Source: Candidatus Hebobacteria bacterium
GTDB taxonomy: Bacteria > Armatimonadota > Hebobacteria > Hebobacterales > Hebobacteraceae
DNA: 46,585 nt
Reading direction: 5' to 3'
Assembly (NCBI GenBank): GCA_029821495.1
Contig: JALGTG010000003.1
Span: 1-46,585 of the forward strand
Part shown: piece by piece, positions 42,695 to 46,585 of the stretch
How positions within the stretch are numbered: position 1 is the stretch's first letter
Layout: each line of letters begins with the position of its first letter
The notes under the pieces: generated by a model
Databases searched by the model: none
Seen by the model: only the letters and a program-made list of their open reading frames with translations
What the model was told of the DNA's origin: nothing
Position numbers and translations under genes: made by a program

Positions 42695-44711
42695 CTTTGC
42701 CCGCGGACTGCTGGCCCGAGCCCGCGGGTGTCATTGCGACACGTGTCCGCTGGCTGCGCCCTCCAAGAGCCGGAGGCTGGTTCTGTTCGGCTCGCCGAAT
42801 GTGGGCAAGAGCGTCATCTTCAACCAACTCACAGGCGTCTACGCCGTTGTCTCGAACTACCCCGGCACCACAGTTGAGGTGGCACGGGGGGAGGCCCGCA
42901 TCGGCGATGTGCTGTTGGAGATCGTGGACAGCCCGGGCGCGTACTCCTTGGCTCCGCTGTCGGAGGATGAACGCGTGGCTCGGGACCTGCTGGCGGACGA
43001 TCCCCCCGACATGGTCCTCCACGTGATCGACGCAAAGAACTTGCGCCGCGCACTCCCTCTGACCTTCCAGCTCCTGGAGGCCGGCATTCCCGTTGCTGTC
43101 AACCTCAACGTCATAGATGAGGCCGAAAGGGCGGGGCTGAGCGTGGATACCGACAGGCTTTCGGCCGACCTCGGCGTGCCCGTCGTCGCAACGGCCGCCG
43201 TAAGCGGAGTTGGGATGGACGGGCTGCGCGCCCTCGTAGCTGGGGAGATCCCGGTTCCTTCCGACTACCGCGTGGATTATCCAGAGTGGATCGAGTCTGC
43301 GATTGCGGAGATCGCGGAGCTGCTTCGCGGCGATTACGGCCTTGCACCTCGCGCGGTCGCACTGCTGCTGTTGCAGCGAGATCCGGGGACGTGGGAACGC
43401 GTGCGTCGGGCCAACGCTGAGGCCGCGTCGGACATCGAGCGCGTGGTCTCGGATGCGGAGGCGCAGTACAGCCACCCGCTCGCCTACCCCATCGCACTCG
43501 CGCGGCGGCAGGCCGCTGAGGGAGCCGCAAATGGGGCGGTTCGCGGTTCGTCCCGCGCTGTCAAGCCCGGTTTCGGCGAGTCCGTGGGCCGGTTGGCGAT
43601 GCACCCTGTTGCCGGGATGCTGATGCTGGCGGCGGTGCTCTACGTCGGGCTCTACCTGTTTGTGGGGAAGCTGGGCGCCGGCGTTATGGTGGACTTCCTG
43701 GAGCACCAAGTGTTCGCGCGCTACGTGACGCCGGCAAGCACGCACATCGTCGAGCGCTTGCTGCCTTGGCCGACCTGGTCGAAGCTCTTCGTGGGCGAGT
43801 ATGGACTCATCACGCTCGGGCTGCGCTATGCCATTGCCATCGTGCTGCCGTTGGTGGGAGCGTTCTTCCTCACCTTTGCGGTGTTGGAGGACAGCGGCTA
43901 TCTGCCGCGGCTGGCCCTGCTGGTGGACCGGTTTTTCAAGCGCATCGGCCTCTCCGGGCGCGCAGTCATCCCCATCGTGCTCGGTCTGGGCTGCGACACG
44001 ATGGCGACCCTCGTGACGCGCGTTCTGGAGACGCGTCGCGAGCGGGTCATCGCCACCCTTCTGCTGGCGCTGGCGATACCATGTTCGGCCCAGCTCGGCG
44101 TCATCCTCGGGCTTCTGTCCCGACACCCCCTCGGCCTCGCGATATGGGGCGTCGTAATTCTGGGCGTCTTCTTCCTGTCCGGGGCACTGGCGGCCCGTCT
44201 CCTGCCGGGCGAAACGCCCCGCTTCTACCTCGAGATCCCGCCCATGCGTTGGCCCTCTCTGCGCAATGTGGCGACGAAGACCTTCGCACGCCTCCGCTGG
44301 TATGCCGCCGAGGTCATCCCGCTCTTCCTGGTGGCGAGCATCGTCATCTGGATCGGCGAGCTGACCCGTCTCTTCCAACTGGCGCTGACGGTATTGCGTC
44401 CCGCGGTCAACGCGCTGGGGCTTCCCGATGCCGCTGCCGACGCGTTCCTGTTCGGCTTCTTCCGCCGCGACTATGGCGCCGCCCGGATATTCGACCTGGC
44501 GCGACCCTCGGAGGTGATGTCGGGCGTCCCCCTCGTGGTGGCGATGGTCACAATCACACTCTTCGTGCCGTGCATCGCCCAGTTCCTGGTCATGATCCGA
44601 GAGCGAGGCTGGCGCACGGCACTCGCAGTGGCAGGACTGATTCTCCCCTTCGCCTTCGGCGTGGGCTTCCTGCTTAACGTTATCCTGCTGAGTATTGGAG
44701 TGCAGATCTGA
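42681..44711 (+). CDS. feoB: Ferrous iron transporter FeoB
   Basis: G domain: LFGSPNVGKS (G1), GTTVE (G2), DSPG (G3), NLNVID (G4). This is followed by a polytopic permease domain. TTG start as in the ORF track; about 30 aa of N-terminal extension contains CHCDTC. Confidence 0.9.
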   Translation: MGALDFARGLLARARGCHCDTCPLAAPSKSRRLVLFGSPNVGKSVIFNQLTGVYAVVSNYPGTTVEVARGEARIGDVLLEIVDSPGAYSLAPLSEDERVARDLLADDPPDMVLHVIDAKNLRRALPLTFQLLEAGIPVAVNLNVIDEAERAGLSVDTDRLSADLGVPVVATAAVSGVGMDGLRALVAGEIPVPSDYRVDYPEWIESAIAEIAELLRGDYGLAPRAVALLLLQRDPGTWERVRRANAEAASDIERVVSDAEAQYSHPLAYPIALARRQAAEGAANGAVRGSSRAVKPGFGESVGRLAMHPVAGMLMLAAVLYVGLYLFVGKLGAGVMVDFLEHQVFARYVTPASTHIVERLLPWPTWSKLFVGEYGLITLGLRYAIAIVLPLVGAFFLTFAVLEDSGYLPRLALLVDRFFKRIGLSGRAVIPIVLGLGCDTMATLVTRVLETRRERVIATLLLALAIPCSAQLGVILGLLSRHPLGLAIWGVVILGVFFLSGALAARLLPGETPRFYLEIPPMRWPSLRNVATKTFARLRWYAAEVIPLFLVASIVIWIGELTRLFQLALTVLRPAVNALGLPDAAADAFLFGFFRRDYGAARIFDLARPSEVMSGVPLVVAMVTITLFVPCIAQFLVMIRERGWRTALAVAGLILPFAFGVGFLLNVILLSIGVQI

Positions 44712-45454
44712 TGCCTGACAGAAACCTGAGCGAACGCGCCGAGGAGATCCTCGCAGGCATCTGGCAGAGGCGCGAATCAGAGGAGGAACACCCAGCGCCG
44801 GCGGACCGGGCGGGCGAGGCCCCGGAGGAGGCGGTGGGGGAACTCGAGGAGAAGGGCCTGGTGCGTGAGACGTCGGGGCAGCTCTCATTGACCGACGAAG
44901 GCGAGAAAGAGGCGGCTGCAATCGTCCGGCGAGAGAGGCTGGCAGAGCGCCTGCTCGTGGACGTGCTGAACGTTGGTAAGGGGGTGGCGACAGAGACTGC
45001 CTGCAAGTTCGAGCACTTGCTGCGAAGGGGAATCGACGACGAGATCTGCACCCTTCTGGGCCACCCCAAGGTCTGCCCCCACGGCAGCCCCATCCCTCCC
45101 GGCGAGTGCTGTCGGGCCGGCGCGCAAGAGGCGAGCAGGGTCGTGTCTGCGCTGGCCGACCTTCTCCCCGGACAAGAAGGCGTGATAGCCTACATCCGCG
45201 GGCGCCGGAGAGAGACCGTGCAGAGGATGATGGCCCTGGGCGCGGTGCCGGGGACGCCCATAAGGCTGCTGCAGAAGTCGCCCTCGTACGTCTTCCAGAT
45301 CGAACAGAGCCACGTCGCCGTGGATCGAGAGATCGCCCGCGACATCTACGTGCGCCTGAGAGGAAGGAGCACAGTCGCACCGCCCCCTCCCACCTCCTGG
45401 CTCCCCCGGCCGTTCTGGGGCAAGCGCCATCGCCGGGGACGCGGCCGTCGCTGA
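44711..45454 (+). CDS. DtxR-like protein with degenerate N-terminal HTH plus FeoA domain
   Basis: RRERLAERLLVDVL...KFEHLLRRGIDDEICTLLGHPKVCPHGSPIP (DtxR dimerisation/metal domain). FeoA-like LLPGQEGVIAYIRG...RMMALGAVPGTPIRLLQKSPSYVFQIEQSHVAVDREIARDIYV. The N-terminal ~60 aa are acidic and lack a recognisable recognition helix. The ATG overlaps the feoB TGA. Confidence 0.75.
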   Translation: MPDRNLSERAEEILAGIWQRRESEEEHPAPADRAGEAPEEAVGELEEKGLVRETSGQLSLTDEGEKEAAAIVRRERLAERLLVDVLNVGKGVATETACKFEHLLRRGIDDEICTLLGHPKVCPHGSPIPPGECCRAGAQEASRVVSALADLLPGQEGVIAYIRGRRRETVQRMMALGAVPGTPIRLLQKSPSYVFQIEQSHVAVDREIARDIYVRLRGRSTVAPPPPTSWLPRPFWGKRHRRGRGRR

Positions 45455-45475
45455 ACGCCTGTCGCCTGGTTCTGG

Positions 45476-46585
45476 TTACTCCTCGGGTGTCTCGGCCCCC
45501 GCCCCCTCCTCCGTCTCGGCCTTCGCGCCCGCGGCCGGCTTCCTCTCGGCAACTTCAACCTGCATGCTGTCTGTGGCAACGTTGCCGGCCGCGTCGAAGG
45601 CCCTGATCTCGAGAGAGTGGGAGGCGGCCTCTAGGGCCTCTGTGGCAATGGACACATCTGTAACGTAGACACCCGCCAGCGAACTCTCTATCCCACTTAG
45701 CGCCAGCGACGTCCAGTTCCCATCATCAACGCGGTATTCCACGCTCCGAACCGGCGAGAGCGCGTCCCGCGCCCACCCCGAAACCTCGACGCGCCCATCC
45801 TCGGCCACGATCAGTGAACTTCGCAGCAGCCCCACCTCCGGCGCGGTGTTGTCGACCCAGATTGCCGCTGAGACCTTCGCACTCTGGGGCTCGGACGGCG
45901 CGCTGAGCGCATCGCTGGCCGTCACTCTCAGGAGATAGCGCCCGTCTTCCTGCTCCGTCGTGTCCCACTCGTACTTGTCTTCCCGCAGGTTCTGCTTCAG
46001 GTGCTCCCACGTTTCGCCAACGTCGCTCGAGATGGCGACGCCATAGGACAGCGCATCATTGTCGGGATCTCTCCCTTGCCAGGCAACCGTCGCCTTCTTC
46101 GACAGTCTCACTCCGCCTTTCGGGGTCTTCAACGCGCAGGCGGGCCGGCGGTTCTGCGGTCGGTGCGAGATGCGCATCTGCTCAACGACAGGGGTCGTAG
46201 CGGTGTCCTCGGTCGCGAGCCTGAGCTGATACTGTAGATAGCGGGCAGGAGGGCTCGCAATGGCTCTGTCGCTGCCGAGAGCCGTCCAGGGCGTCCAGTG
46301 ATCGTCGGGCAGCGGCGAGTCGCCGGAGCGGGTGGTGACATCCACGCGGGCGCCCTCCGGCATCTTCGCCAGCCAGTCCATGCGGCCCCAGCGAGCAGTT
46401 CGCCCCGCGTCCAACGCCTCGGATTCCAGCTCGCCGGCCGGGGCCCGGCTCGGCCCGACCTTGTAGAGCAAACAGGGGGCGGAGGTCCCGACGTAGAGCG
46501 CACCATCAGCTTGAGCGATAGCCGTGGCGAGCCCGCTCTCCGAGCGGAGGAGGACCTCCGGTGCGCGGTCCGACCCGATGCGAAT
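45476..46585 (-). CDS. Surface/secreted protein with Ig-like (Big/FlgD-Ig-like) repeats; 5' end outside the window
   Basis: My translation shows the frame stays open upstream of the ORF-track start up to the window edge (IRIGSDRAPEVLLRSESGLATAIAQADGALYVGTSAPCLLYKVG...). The C-terminal part has repeated beta-rich modules (VAWQGRDPDNDALSYGVAISSD..., VDNTAPEV..., VEYRVDDGNWTSL...) and an acidic tail. Confidence 0.6.
   Translation of the reverse strand: MRIGSDRAPEVLLRSESGLATAIAQADGALYVGTSAPCLLYKVGPSRAPAGELESEALDAGRTARWGRMDWLAKMPEGARVDVTTRSGDSPLPDDHWTPWTALGSDRAIASPPARYLQYQLRLATEDTATTPVVEQMRISHRPQNRRPACALKTPKGGVRLSKKATVAWQGRDPDNDALSYGVAISSDVGETWEHLKQNLREDKYEWDTTEQEDGRYLLRVTASDALSAPSEPQSAKVSAAIWVDNTAPEVGLLRSSLIVAEDGRVEVSGWARDALSPVRSVEYRVDDGNWTSLALSGIESSLAGVYVTDVSIATEALEAASHSLEIRAFDAAGNVATDSMQVEVAERKPAAGAKAETEEGAGAETPEE

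Noticed and set aside
42570-45380. 936-aa minus-strand ORF antisense to feoB and the DtxR-like genes
   Set aside because: Extremely Arg/Pro/Gly/His-rich low-complexity translation, typical of antisense frames in GC-rich DNA. The + strand encodes proteins with unmistakable FeoB and DtxR motifs.
1-46585. Scan for mobile elements, prophage, integrase next to the tRNA, and toxin-antitoxin or defence genes
   Set aside because: No transposase, integrase, recombinase or phage structural motifs, or terminal inverted repeats, were recognised. The tRNA-Ala is flanked by ordinary chromosomal genes.

Overview
Visibly GC-rich bacterial chromosomal window (about two-thirds G+C by eye, not computed), gene-dense and almost entirely + strand. 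I saw no transposase, integrase, phage or CRISPR signature. All protein family calls come from by-eye motif recognition; no database search was possible.

Left to right:
- A minus-strand prepilin-like H-X9-DG gene, cut by the window edge and frame-broken by a perfect 52-bp tandem duplication.
- tRNA-Ala(GGC) with a consensus sigma70 promoter and an intrinsic terminator.
- A hypothetical exported protein.
- Four directly tandem PilT-family ATPase paralogs.
- A thioredoxin (CPPC variant) and thioredoxin reductase.
- An SPFH/stomatin plus long-form NfeD pair.
- A T-box leader in front of an atypical pheS - SAM-methyltransferase - pheT operon. pheS has a 1-nt frameshift in a G run, an internal insertion and altered conserved motifs. 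PheT lacks the N-terminal OB domain.
- A J-domain/zinc-ribbon protein and a convergent small YtxH gene.
- A ~740-nt non-coding gap with divergent promoters.
- A ~13.9-kb, 12-gene operon (17182-31057). It joins an FdhA-like molybdopterin subunit lacking the catalytic Sec/Cys, a sulfhydrogenase/AsrAB-like FeS plus FAD/NAD(P) pair, a HycI protease and a complete Hyf-type membrane [NiFe]-hydrogenase.
- A cell-envelope block: an S8 protease with three SLH domains, an Ig-like/LysM/copper-amine-oxidase-N protein, a 1551-aa thioester alpha-2-macroglobulin and a membrane-anchored DUF6569/ARPP-1-like protein.
- A DtxR - FeoB - DtxR/FeoA iron-uptake locus.
- A partial minus-strand surface protein.

The best candidate for an undescribed system is the composite hydrogenase operon. 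Secondary candidates are the PilT tetrad, the atypical T-box-controlled PheRS operon and the A2M/ARPP-1-like pair.
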